A DNA stretch of 64,000 bases from Candidatus Saccharimonadota bacterium (GTDB taxonomy: Bacteria; Patescibacteriota; Saccharimonadia; Saccharimonadales; SLHW01): positions 44,309-108,308 of the forward strand of contig JAGXIU010000002.1 of the NCBI GenBank assembly GCA_024635455.1, in the 5' to 3' direction. The notes below the pieces were generated by a model. It had not been told where the DNA came from, ran no database searches, and was given only the letters and a program-made list of their open reading frames with translations. Made by a program: the position numbers and the translations under genes. Below are positions 19,589 to 28,133 of this stretch, piece after piece; within the stretch, counting starts at the first letter, position 1, and every line of letters begins with the position of its first letter.

Positions 19589-20779
19589 ATGAACAAGTCA
19601 GATGATAGGCCACTTAAAATTGCAATGTTGGCTCCGCCTTGGCTAGACATGTACCCGAGATGCTACTTTGGTATCGAAAACGTAGTGCATAATCTTACGG
19701 AACAGTTGGTAGAAAACGGACATCATGTAGAATTGTTTACTGTTTCTCATACAAAGACAAAAGCCAGTAAGACCCACTGGTTTCATAAAGAAAATCAGTA
19801 CAGACACTTATTCGCACCGCTTCACCATTCTGCAAGTATTTTGATATCACACATTCTCCATTCGCTTGAAATAATTCAAAATCAAGGGGACTTTGACATA
19901 ATTCATGATCACAACAACTTTGTTGGTCCGGGGATGATGGCTCACCTAAATAGGAAGTTTCCGCCGGTTATACATACACTCCACCAGCCTTTCACAGATG
20001 ACGAATTAGTCGAAGGTGGTACACCGGATAACAGGTTGATGTTTCAGGAGCTACAAAATGCAGAAAATCTGTATTTTAACTTTATCTCTGAAAAACAGAA
20101 AGAGATGGCGCCACCAGAACTAACCAGTCGAGTGCTTAGTCTTGTTTATAACGGAATTAAGGTAAACGACTACCACTATTACACAGAGAAAGAAGACTTT
20201 TGGCTAAACGTCGGCAACTTGAACAAAGGCCAAGGCGTCGCCGCTAAAGTATGTTCTGAGATGGGCGAAAAGCTTAAATTTGCTGGAATTATTTCTGGCG
20301 AACTAGAGAATCAAGAAATGCTACAAAAAGAGCTTGACGATCCACGAAGTAAATTCCTCCTAAAAGACGACTTTAAGCGGTTCCTAAAAGAGGTTGTGCC
20401 GTATATGAGTGAGGGGCAAGTTGAGTTTGTCGGGACCATTGTTGGCGACAGGAAGCTAGAGATGTTTGGTCGAGCAAAAGGTATGTTGTTCCCGATTTTA
20501 TGGGAAGAGCCGTTTGGCATTGTTGCCATTGAGGCATTAGCATCCGGCACACCAGTTGTCGCCTACAATAAAGGCGCTATGCCAGAGATAATAGAACATG
20601 GCGTAAACGGATTCCTCGCCAATAACGAGGCGGAACTAAAAGAATATATGACAAAGGTCGGGGAAATTGACCCAGAGAAGTGCCGCAAAACTGTAGAGGA
20701 TAAGTTTTCTGTCGAGATTATGGCAGATAAATACGACGAGCTCTATCGTCAAATCACCCTTCGTGGCAAAAACGCGTAA
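19589..20779 (+). CDS. glycosyltransferase family 4
   Basis: The sequence EEPFGIVAIEALASGTPVVAYNKGAMPEIIEHGVNGFL contains the GT4 E-x7-E region. Confidence 0.8.
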   Translation: MNKSDDRPLKIAMLAPPWLDMYPRCYFGIENVVHNLTEQLVENGHHVELFTVSHTKTKASKTHWFHKENQYRHLFAPLHHSASILISHILHSLEIIQNQGDFDIIHDHNNFVGPGMMAHLNRKFPPVIHTLHQPFTDDELVEGGTPDNRLMFQELQNAENLYFNFISEKQKEMAPPELTSRVLSLVYNGIKVNDYHYYTEKEDFWLNVGNLNKGQGVAAKVCSEMGEKLKFAGIISGELENQEMLQKELDDPRSKFLLKDDFKRFLKEVVPYMSEGQVEFVGTIVGDRKLEMFGRAKGMLFPILWEEPFGIVAIEALASGTPVVAYNKGAMPEIIEHGVNGFLANNEAELKEYMTKVGEIDPEKCRKTVEDKFSVEIMADKYDELYRQITLRGKNA

Positions 20780-20782
20780 GCA

Positions 20783-22141
20783 TTATCGTCGATCGATGAG
20801 TGTCGAGGCGTAGTATACGGCTGCAGCAGTCCAAGCCTGACTCACAGCGCTTTCTTGGTCGTGATCCGGATGCTCCCACGGTACGAGGTTGTTATTATCA
20901 TCGTCTTGAAATAGTTCTATCATACTGTCGAATTGAGATATACCGTGAAGCATGCTGCGGGCTACCTGTTTAGCAGATTGCTTAAAGTTGGCTTTCTCCA
21001 TGCCAGATGCCACAAGTGCAGATACGAACGGCCAATATGTACGTGAACTCCTGTGGTAGCCATTATCTGCTGCTGATACATCAGAAAGCAGGGAGTAATT
21101 TCTTAGCCCTGCTTGTCGGTTGAGCATATCCGGAAGTAATAGACGAGCGACAACATCATCTCGATATTTTTCGGCAATGATTGAGTCGCCACGAAAATCT
21201 GCCCATAAACATAGGCCAGGGTCCGCAGATATAGATGTCAGCTTGTTATCGTCTCCGTCAATGGCCTCTGCGTAGTAGTACAGCTCGAAGTTATCGTCGT
21301 AAACGAGAAATCCGTCGTTGGTACTGTTGAAGCGTTGCTTCAGGTTGTGCGCAGTATCCTCTAGATGATCGGCAAAATTGCTATCTGTATGTGCCAATAT
21401 TTCAGCTCCATATCTGAGAGCACACCAGAAAAGCGCATTAACAAAAACGTCCTTGATTGGATGTGGGGATACTGACCCATCCGAGTTTGTGTAGGCATAA
21501 TCGCTGTCTTTCCAGCCTTGGTTTCGTAGGCCTTTTGCTGTTCGCTCAAACTGTTGGTCTGCTGAAGTAAAGCCGGCTAGACCACCGTATTCATCCAGAT
21601 TACGTAAACACCACTCCAGCGCTTGCCGGACTTTGCTGGTGTACGCATGCGTATAGTTGGTATTTGTGAAATGGTGATACCTTGCTGTTGCGATGACCCA
21701 AAGAGGTGTACTGTCGACGCTATCCCAGTTGATATGGCGATGACTATGCGGGTCAACTTGCCAGAGATCAAGACTGATATCGACTCTTTGCTGCTCAGGG
21801 TCTAGGTCAGCCTCATTGAGTATTTCGTGCGGGATCTTTCCGAGTGCCTCACCAATCTGTGGAATGTCTTCGTGACCCTGGAACGAACCGAGTATCTCTA
21901 GGCCTGGGTACGTCCGTTTACAAAATTGCGAATTGCAATTTCGGCGCTCAGTATCAAATATAAGTCCGGCGACTATCGCGCTATCTCGACCGAATATATG
22001 GTTGTACAGACCTTTCCAGCCAGCTGAAGAAGATGCCTTAATCCCCTCAGAAGTGACAAGTTCATCAAGTACAGCCATTGAGCGCTCCCGCAGATTGTCG
22101 GTATCTAGTTTTGTTCGATTGTTTTGTTGTTTTAGTTTCAT
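20783..22141 (-). CDS. second amylo-alpha-1,6-glucosidase (GDE_C)-like glycoside hydrolase
   Basis: It has FGRDSAIVAGL and RTYWPFVSAL motifs and is a paralog-type of 17812..19467. The start is uncertain: ATG 22141 was chosen, and a GTG at 22168 is also open. Confidence 0.7.
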   Translation of the reverse strand: MKLKQQNNRTKLDTDNLRERSMAVLDELVTSEGIKASSSAGWKGLYNHIFGRDSAIVAGLIFDTERRNCNSQFCKRTYPGLEILGSFQGHEDIPQIGEALGKIPHEILNEADLDPEQQRVDISLDLWQVDPHSHRHINWDSVDSTPLWVIATARYHHFTNTNYTHAYTSKVRQALEWCLRNLDEYGGLAGFTSADQQFERTAKGLRNQGWKDSDYAYTNSDGSVSPHPIKDVFVNALFWCALRYGAEILAHTDSNFADHLEDTAHNLKQRFNSTNDGFLVYDDNFELYYYAEAIDGDDNKLTSISADPGLCLWADFRGDSIIAEKYRDDVVARLLLPDMLNRQAGLRNYSLLSDVSAADNGYHRSSRTYWPFVSALVASGMEKANFKQSAKQVARSMLHGISQFDSMIELFQDDDNNNLVPWEHPDHDQESAVSQAWTAAAVYYASTLIDRR

Positions 22142-22321
22142 AGTATGGCTGTACTCACATCTTACCACTTAAGCTTACGGTTGTGAACGCAAGCGCAACA
22201 GATATGCTGGTATAGTATGATCCTGTGGCAGAAACAGTGGGACATCGTTGTGTCTCAACGACTCGAGTTGTTGCCGTACACTTGTACAAAGTTGAATAGT
22301 GTACAATTTTCAGTTTTCAGC

Positions 22322-22365
22322 CATTAACTTAAACACGCAAGTCGACTTGCGTGTTTAAGTTAATG
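22322..22365 (-). terminator. perfect 22-bp-arm palindrome downstream of the large surface-protein gene
   Basis: The sequence is cattaacttaaacacgcaagtc|gacttgcgtgtttaagttaatg. It lies 29 nt after the stop at 22394. Confidence 0.75.
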
Positions 22366-22393
22366 AAAGTTTAATTTTTAAACTGTGTGATTT

Positions 22394-25300
22394 TTATTCT
22401 TGTTCGGCTTTGCGACGAAAAAAGAGGAGATAGAAAGCGGACAGCGCAGCGAGGCTAATAAGTATCCAGGCTAGTGTCATACCGGATGAGGATTCATCTG
22501 TCGCCTCATCAACGGCGCCCTGCACCTTGCCATTTTGCTCAGCGTCATCTGAGGCACCAAGAGTTTGTGCATCACCCTCAGATTCTTCACCATTATCCGG
22601 TTCGTTGTCTTCCGTGTCGCCAGCTCCGCCAGCGTTGTCGGCCGCGAATGCGACGAATGGTACACCCTGAGCTCCAGCAGCAGCCGCCTGTTGAGTACCT
22701 TGGTTGTTAGGCAAATTAACTGTGTTACTATCTTCATCTTCATCTTCATCTTCATCTGGCTCAGCAAACGTCACTGTAGCGGTTTCATTCGCTTGGTTAC
22801 CTGCCTCGTCAGTTACGGTCAGCGTCACCTCATAAGTGCCTTCAGTCGCACTCGTGACAGTCACTTCTTCTTCGTCGTTCTCACCGTTAATGGTAGCGCC
22901 GGTCTCAACGATCCAGATGTAGGTGTAGTTACCCAATTCATCGCTAGTAGCAGTAAGGATAACTTCGTCACCAGTCGTATTGTCACTGCTGGCCGGATCA
23001 ATATCAAAAATCGGTGCAGTATTATCGTAAGTAATGACAAACTCATTTGACCAATCAGATACATTCCCTGCCAAGTCTATGGCGCGCACACGAATGTAAT
23101 GCGTACCTTCTCCTTCAGTGAATGCGCCATATCGTGTCTCGCTATAAACTGAGGTAGACCATGGGTTACTTTCGGTCCATGGGCTGTCTGTAATATCATT
23201 CCAGTAGCTGTATTCGTAACGAACAGTATCGCTACTCGGCTTGTCCCAGATAGCTGTAACACCACCTACATTAGTGCTTTCACCAGAGGTAAAGCTCTCA
23301 CCGTCAACCTCAGCACTAAGAATAGGTGCGGGTGGCGCAGTATTGTCGACTGTTATTTTCCACAAATTACTCCATTCACCCTGGTTTCCAGCGTGGTCAA
23401 CTGCTTTTACTCTCCACCAGTAGGTAGTTTCAGAAACATTGTTGGCGGTTTTACTCGTAGTTGTGAATTGTTCATTCCAGCGCAGATTGTTGGCGCCTGC
23501 GTCATCATAGCTTTCGTAGATGTAGTATGCCACATCCTCATCACCAGACTCCCACTCTTGGGTGACGCTTGCGCCATTTAGCACAGTGCCGTTGCTTGGA
23601 GAGACTAGCGTTGCGACTGGCGCAGTTTGGTCATAAGTAAAGTCGCTGCTAATCCCATGATTATAGTTACCGACATCGTCAGTTGCTCTGGCCCAGAAAG
23701 TGTGATCGTCCAGGACTTCAGTCATCTGGTTATGTGTGTTTATATACTTACCATCTGATGGTATCTGAAATTCAAATCTGTATGTATCTCCGCCGATAGG
23801 GAGTGTTTCGTATGTTCGCGGAGCAACGTATTGTCCGTCTTTGTTTTGAATTCTAAACTCTACATCCTCAACGCCAGATGCGGCGTCTTCTACCTCAACT
23901 TCTACTCTTACCTGATCACCTGGCTTTACTACATCTTTTTCGACGTAGCTGGTGCCATCATATACATACATTTTAATGTTAGCCATTGAGGGTGCAGTTC
24001 GGTCGTTAGTGAATCGCGTAGAATCTGAGTTTGTATAGTTGCCGGCAGTATCAAATACCTTGATGTAGAAGGAAAGTCCTTCAATTGTTTCAGTTATCGT
24101 CTGATGTGTATCTATATACTGGTTGTCTGCAGGAAAAGTGAAGGTTCTCTCATAGATATCAGCAACCTTATTAACAAAATACCCTGAATCTATGTAACCG
24201 CCACCGTTCGAGCTTGGTTCAACGCTCCGTGCCAGCAAGCGAACTTGCCCTAAACCTGAATCATCATCTGTAATCTCTGCCTGCACGGTTACATTATCGC
24301 CTGGTCGCATGTAGGTAGATTCAATACCATTTACATACATAGTGATGCCAGATACTTCTGGGCCACTGAAATCACAACTGCTATTAACTGATACTGTATT
24401 TCCGTCCTGGAATGGCTGACAAAGCCATGGGTTGTAATCAATAACTATGCTGTCTGATGTGCTCGTGCGCAAATCGACTTCACTTTCTACAACTGTACCC
24501 CAGTAATTTTTTTCTGCGTCAGAAGTATCTGAGCCAGTCATACTACTGTGCATAGCAACGCCGTACCATGAGCCATCTGAAAAGAAGTTATTTCGATTTA
24601 TCGTGACTGAAGACATACTGGCGTTGTCCTGAAAGAACACCCCTGAACCATCTAGATTATTTTCATAGCCAGCTTTATATTCAGTAATATTAGAGATATC
24701 ATTTTCTACAACTTCAGCATTAGGAGTGTTTCCCTCTAGTCCAATGGCGTGCACCCAAAGACCTTCAAGGTTACTAATAGTGTTCCTTGCGATTCGAGCG
24801 CCGTCAGTATTTCCACCGTAGTTAATCAAGATACCGTAAGCACCTCGACCACCATTTCCACCGTTCCATTCATCAGTTGAAGCGGCAATATTTGTAAGAT
24901 TATTGTTTTCAATAAGAATACCGGATAGCGTTCCAGAGCCAGCGGTGTCTCCTACATATACACCTTTTGATGAACTGCCACCACTCCTAACTAGACTAGT
25001 GTTTCCAATGTTTGCTATCTCATTGTTTGTTATCTCTGCCTCAGATCCATTTAGATAAACAGCTTGCGCAGATCCCTCAGCGAGACTAGAGCCAATATCT
25101 GTGAAGACATTATTGTCTATTACAACATCTGTAGCGCCATTGACTACAACACCGTAACCACCAGTCGGGTTGGTTATCGTTAATCCAGATATGGTAACGC
25201 CTGAGGCAGTTACATTGATCTGTCCGTTTACGACAGGAGAAGAACCGTTTGTGAGTGTCAGGTCTGCCTTATTTACCTGGAGGTCCTCGTTGTAAGTGTC

Positions 25301-26140
25301 GTCGCCAATTTCGATCGTGTCGCCGTCGTTTGCCTCATCAATTGCTTCTTGAATAGTTTCGTAGAAGTTATCCTGAGTAGTGTTATGGACGGAGCCTACG
25401 GGTTCAGGGGCAGGTGTTATGGTTACTTCATAGTTCTTTGTAATCAAAGAACCGTCGAGAGCGCTGGCAATCACGATTACTTTGCCTTCAGCGTTAGCGG
25501 TTAATAGACCCGTATCCTGGTTGATAGCTGCGTCTCCATAACTAGAGCCTGAGCCATCACCTAGATAGACCGTCCACGCAACATCTTGGTTTGCCCCGTC
25601 AGTAGTAGCAGTAAACTGTATGGTTTCTCCTACTTCAACGGATGATTCACCGGAAATAGTAATCTCTTCAGAAAAATCAATTTCGTCACTGACTGTAATA
25701 AAGTCCGCGTTAAATTCCCCGGCTGGACCCGTAAAATAACCTATCAAATATACATATCCATCCGCACCAGAACCAGTAATCTCTGCTGATAACGTATCAA
25801 ACCCATTATAATTTACGCCGCCGACAATAGTACCCTCAATATCTCCACTAATGGTGCCTTCAAATTCAGCTGACTGACCAAGAGTGATATCAGTGACATC
25901 ACCAGATATGGTGGTCTCGTAGCTGTCAACGGTGTTGCCAGATACAGCCAAGGAACCGTCTACTTCAACTGACCCAGTGACTGCGCCATTATAAGCAACA
26001 GAAGATGCTGCTACAAATTGAGGCGCAACAGCACTTAGCGTGCCAGCGAGCGATAATGTTGCGATAATTACTGCAAAAATCGCATTTTTAATAACTGTCT
26101 GTGTTGCCTGCTGCCACCCTGCCTGGATACTGTATCTCAT
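22394..26140 (-). CDS. large secreted/surface protein with Big_2, right-handed beta-helix, FN3/PKD-like repeats, an acidic tail and a C-terminal TM anchor
   Basis: 1,248 aa from MRYSIQ, with AAGGGAG upstream of ATG 26140. It has a signal/TM segment (AIFAVIIATLSLAGTLSAVA) and a Big_2-like stretch (VGETIQFTATTDG...). Beta-helix repeats include NNVFTDIG, NNEIANIG, ENNNLTNIA and ENDISNIT. The C-terminal end is LAWILISLAALSAFYLLFFRRKAEQE. Confidence 0.8.
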   Translation of the reverse strand: MRYSIQAGWQQATQTVIKNAIFAVIIATLSLAGTLSAVAPQFVAASSVAYNGAVTGSVEVDGSLAVSGNTVDSYETTISGDVTDITLGQSAEFEGTISGDIEGTIVGGVNYNGFDTLSAEITGSGADGYVYLIGYFTGPAGEFNADFITVSDEIDFSEEITISGESSVEVGETIQFTATTDGANQDVAWTVYLGDGSGSSYGDAAINQDTGLLTANAEGKVIVIASALDGSLITKNYEVTITPAPEPVGSVHNTTQDNFYETIQEAIDEANDGDTIEIGDDTYNEDLQVNKADLTLTNGSSPVVNGQINVTASGVTISGLTITNPTGGYGVVVNGATDVVIDNNVFTDIGSSLAEGSAQAVYLNGSEAEITNNEIANIGNTSLVRSGGSSSKGVYVGDTAGSGTLSGILIENNNLTNIAASTDEWNGGNGGRGAYGILINYGGNTDGARIARNTISNLEGLWVHAIGLEGNTPNAEVVENDISNITEYKAGYENNLDGSGVFFQDNASMSSVTINRNNFFSDGSWYGVAMHSSMTGSDTSDAEKNYWGTVVESEVDLRTSTSDSIVIDYNPWLCQPFQDGNTVSVNSSCDFSGPEVSGITMYVNGIESTYMRPGDNVTVQAEITDDDSGLGQVRLLARSVEPSSNGGGYIDSGYFVNKVADIYERTFTFPADNQYIDTHQTITETIEGLSFYIKVFDTAGNYTNSDSTRFTNDRTAPSMANIKMYVYDGTSYVEKDVVKPGDQVRVEVEVEDAASGVEDVEFRIQNKDGQYVAPRTYETLPIGGDTYRFEFQIPSDGKYINTHNQMTEVLDDHTFWARATDDVGNYNHGISSDFTYDQTAPVATLVSPSNGTVLNGASVTQEWESGDEDVAYYIYESYDDAGANNLRWNEQFTTTSKTANNVSETTYWWRVKAVDHAGNQGEWSNLWKITVDNTAPPAPILSAEVDGESFTSGESTNVGGVTAIWDKPSSDTVRYEYSYWNDITDSPWTESNPWSTSVYSETRYGAFTEGEGTHYIRVRAIDLAGNVSDWSNEFVITYDNTAPIFDIDPASSDNTTGDEVILTATSDELGNYTYIWIVETGATINGENDEEEVTVTSATEGTYEVTLTVTDEAGNQANETATVTFAEPDEDEDEDEDSNTVNLPNNQGTQQAAAAGAQGVPFVAFAADNAGGAGDTEDNEPDNGEESEGDAQTLGASDDAEQNGKVQGAVDEATDESSSGMTLAWILISLAALSAFYLLFFRRKAEQE

Positions 26141-26402
26141 AGCTCTCCCTTTACTTATCTTCATTTGATAAGCCGTGGGTTCGCTACTAGCTCCGTGTGT
26201 TTCAAGCGACCATATACAAAACACATTTCTATGCTGGCTTTTTGATACACACTTTTGATTTTACTTAGTTACATCTTAACATATGCAATAATTTCGCAGC
26301 AAGCACAAGCAAATATCACAACATGCCTTCAGTTATACGCTGAATAAATATATAGTTCTTGGTATTTGGTTTCCGGACCCTAATTCGGAGCTTCTAGTTC
26401 CC

Positions 26403-26957
26403 CTATTTGCTAGCCTTCAGCCAATCTAAATAAAACTGTAGTTCAGCCACTGAAGCTTGTATGTCGTCGAAGGCACGGTGGACTTCCTTTTTCTCAAACT
26501 CCACGCCATACTTACCTTGCATCAGTACCTTAAGTGCACTGACATCCAGCATGCGGTAGTGCAGCTTCAAGTCGAAATTTGGCAGCCAATACTTCACAAA
26601 ATTACGATCATTATGAATAGAGTTACCTGCTAGTACCGCTGGCTCATCTCCGAAATGTTTTTTTGTAATTTCGATCAGCTCTTTTTCTATTACATCGAGC
26701 GACTTACCTTCATTGAGCCGGTCAACAAAGTCGTCCCGATTCTCTGGGAAATCTCGCCACCAAATGTTTTTCTGCATTCTATCCAGAACTGTCTTTTTAT
26801 CTTGCTGGAACCGCGCCTCATAGGTATCAATTGTTTTGAAGGAAAAGTCAGTAATCTCTACTGCGACTTCGAGCAAAACATCCTTTTCTGATTCTAGACC
26901 TGTCATCTCTAAATCCATCCAGAGAAGCTTGGTTGGGTGTGCTTTTTTATTGATCAT
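26403..26957 (-). CDS. orn: oligoribonuclease
   Basis: LLWMDLEMTGLESEKDVLLEVAV is the DEDDh ExoI motif. HRAFDDIQASVAEL is ExoIII. The start is ATG 26957. Confidence 0.85.
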   Translation of the reverse strand: MINKKAHPTKLLWMDLEMTGLESEKDVLLEVAVEITDFSFKTIDTYEARFQQDKKTVLDRMQKNIWWRDFPENRDDFVDRLNEGKSLDVIEKELIEITKKHFGDEPAVLAGNSIHNDRNFVKYWLPNFDLKLHYRMLDVSALKVLMQGKYGVEFEKKEVHRAFDDIQASVAELQFYLDWLKASK

Positions 26958-27027
26958 AGCCCCAGTATAACCTGCATAATACAAAAATCCCACGCAAGGT
27001 CTACCCGAGACGCGCTATACTACCATT

Positions 27028-27795
27028 ATGTCTATACGAAAACGCTGGATCGCAATAATTATTGCCCTGCTATTGGTTGGCGCTATATCACTTTTTGTCG
27101 CATCTGAACAAGCAAATGCTCCGGCAAGTGATGGCGGAAATACAGAACAGCTAGAAGCTGACGAAACTCAAACAACTGAAACTGGCTTGGACAAAACAAA
27201 GTACAGTATCGATGAGCCTGGTAGCTTATGGTGGATAGTGAGCCGCGAACGACCATTGCCTGATGGATATGAACCCTCAAACCTAGAAGTGCCAGACACA
27301 CAGCTCCGATTAGCTGCAACAGCCGAGCAAATGCAGCTTAGAGGTACCGTAGCAACAGCTACAGAAGCTATGTTCGCGGCTGCACAATCAGATGGTATAG
27401 AGCTCGTCTTTGGCAGTGGCTATCGCTCTGAAAGTCTGCAAGCGCAGTTTTATAACAGCTATGTTGCTCGTGATGGACAGGAAGCAGCAGACCGCTATTC
27501 AGCCCACCCAGGCACGAGCGAACACCAAACTGGCCTAGCATTTGACGTAACCTCATTGAGTGGCGCCTGCCACCTAGAAATATGCTTTGAGGACTTACCA
27601 GAAGGACAATGGGTGCAAGACAACGCCCACGACTATGGATTCATAATTCGTTACCTAGACGGGAAAGAAAACATTACTGGCTACCAGTACGAACCGTGGC
27701 ATCTCCGCTACGTCGGTGAAGAACTAGCAAATGAGCTGCACGAAAACGGCCAGACCATGGAAGAATTCTTCGGCTTAACCGGCACTGCTGATTAG
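27028..27795 (+). CDS. D-alanyl-D-alanine carboxypeptidase, VanY/M15B family
   Basis: It has an N-terminal TM segment plus the motifs SGYRS, SEHQTGLAFDV and EPWHLRYVG. Confidence 0.85.
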   Translation: MSIRKRWIAIIIALLLVGAISLFVASEQANAPASDGGNTEQLEADETQTTETGLDKTKYSIDEPGSLWWIVSRERPLPDGYEPSNLEVPDTQLRLAATAEQMQLRGTVATATEAMFAAAQSDGIELVFGSGYRSESLQAQFYNSYVARDGQEAADRYSAHPGTSEHQTGLAFDVTSLSGACHLEICFEDLPEGQWVQDNAHDYGFIIRYLDGKENITGYQYEPWHLRYVGEELANELHENGQTMEEFFGLTGTAD

Positions 27796-27820
27796 CTATC
27801 AGTCTTCAATCGCCTGCCCT

Positions 27821-27846
27821 GAACACGCAAGTCGAGTTGCGTGTTC
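27821..27846 (+). terminator. hairpin gaacacgcaagtcgagttgcgtgttc after the VanY-like gene
   Basis: It lies 26 nt after the stop. It shares the core aacacgcaagtcgaNttgcgtgtt with the palindrome at 22322..22365. Confidence 0.65.
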
Positions 27847-28040
27847 AACCCCAGCCCCAATTATTAATCCCTAGCCGCTACTTTCAGGCTTTGGCCAAAC
27901 TGATTGGTGCGACGCACAGACAATAGTCACGTTTCGAGGATGTTTGAGCCGAGCAGAGCGATGGCGAGTTCCGCAAGAAACTGATTGTTGGCTGGGTGGG
28001 GCGCCGGTCATGTGAGGACAACCGCCTGCGGCGTTTTTGC

Positions 28041-28082
28041 ATACTTTTGCCGCTGTTGGTAAAAGTATGTTGTTATTTTGCA
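28041..28082 (+). terminator. 12-bp hairpin plus T-rich tract; possible 3' end of an unannotated plus-strand RNA
   Basis: The hairpin is catacttttgcc-gctgtt-ggtaaaagtatg (one G-U pair), followed by ttgttattttgc. It lies 250 nt beyond the previous terminator. Confidence 0.45.
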
Positions 28083-28133
28083 AAGCAAAAAAAACAAACT
28101 CTAATCCCTGATTTAGTAGTTTCTAACTTTAAA

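Noticed and set aside
22394-22500. LPXTG sortase motif at the C-terminus of the surface protein
   Set aside because: The topology fits (hydrophobic helix plus RRK tail), but no LPXTG, LAXTG or similar motif precedes the helix. I do not call it a sortase substrate.
22474-23581. Multiple 60-160-aa ORFs on both strands inside 22.4-23.6 kb
   Set aside because: All are nested in or antisense to the 1,248-aa surface-protein gene, whose frame is continuous and domain-rich.
26141-26224. Longer N-terminus (MFCIWSLETHG...) for the surface protein
   Set aside because: ATG 26140 has an AAGGGAG Shine-Dalgarno upstream and is directly followed by the signal/TM segment. The upstream extension adds a Cys/Trp-containing peptide with no function.
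27871-28083. 70-aa minus-strand ORF in the VanY/CapA spacer
   Set aside because: It has no RBS and an odd composition (Cys/His/Pro/Ala-rich), and it crosses a 12-bp hairpin. The region is more plausibly noncoding RNA or a remnant.
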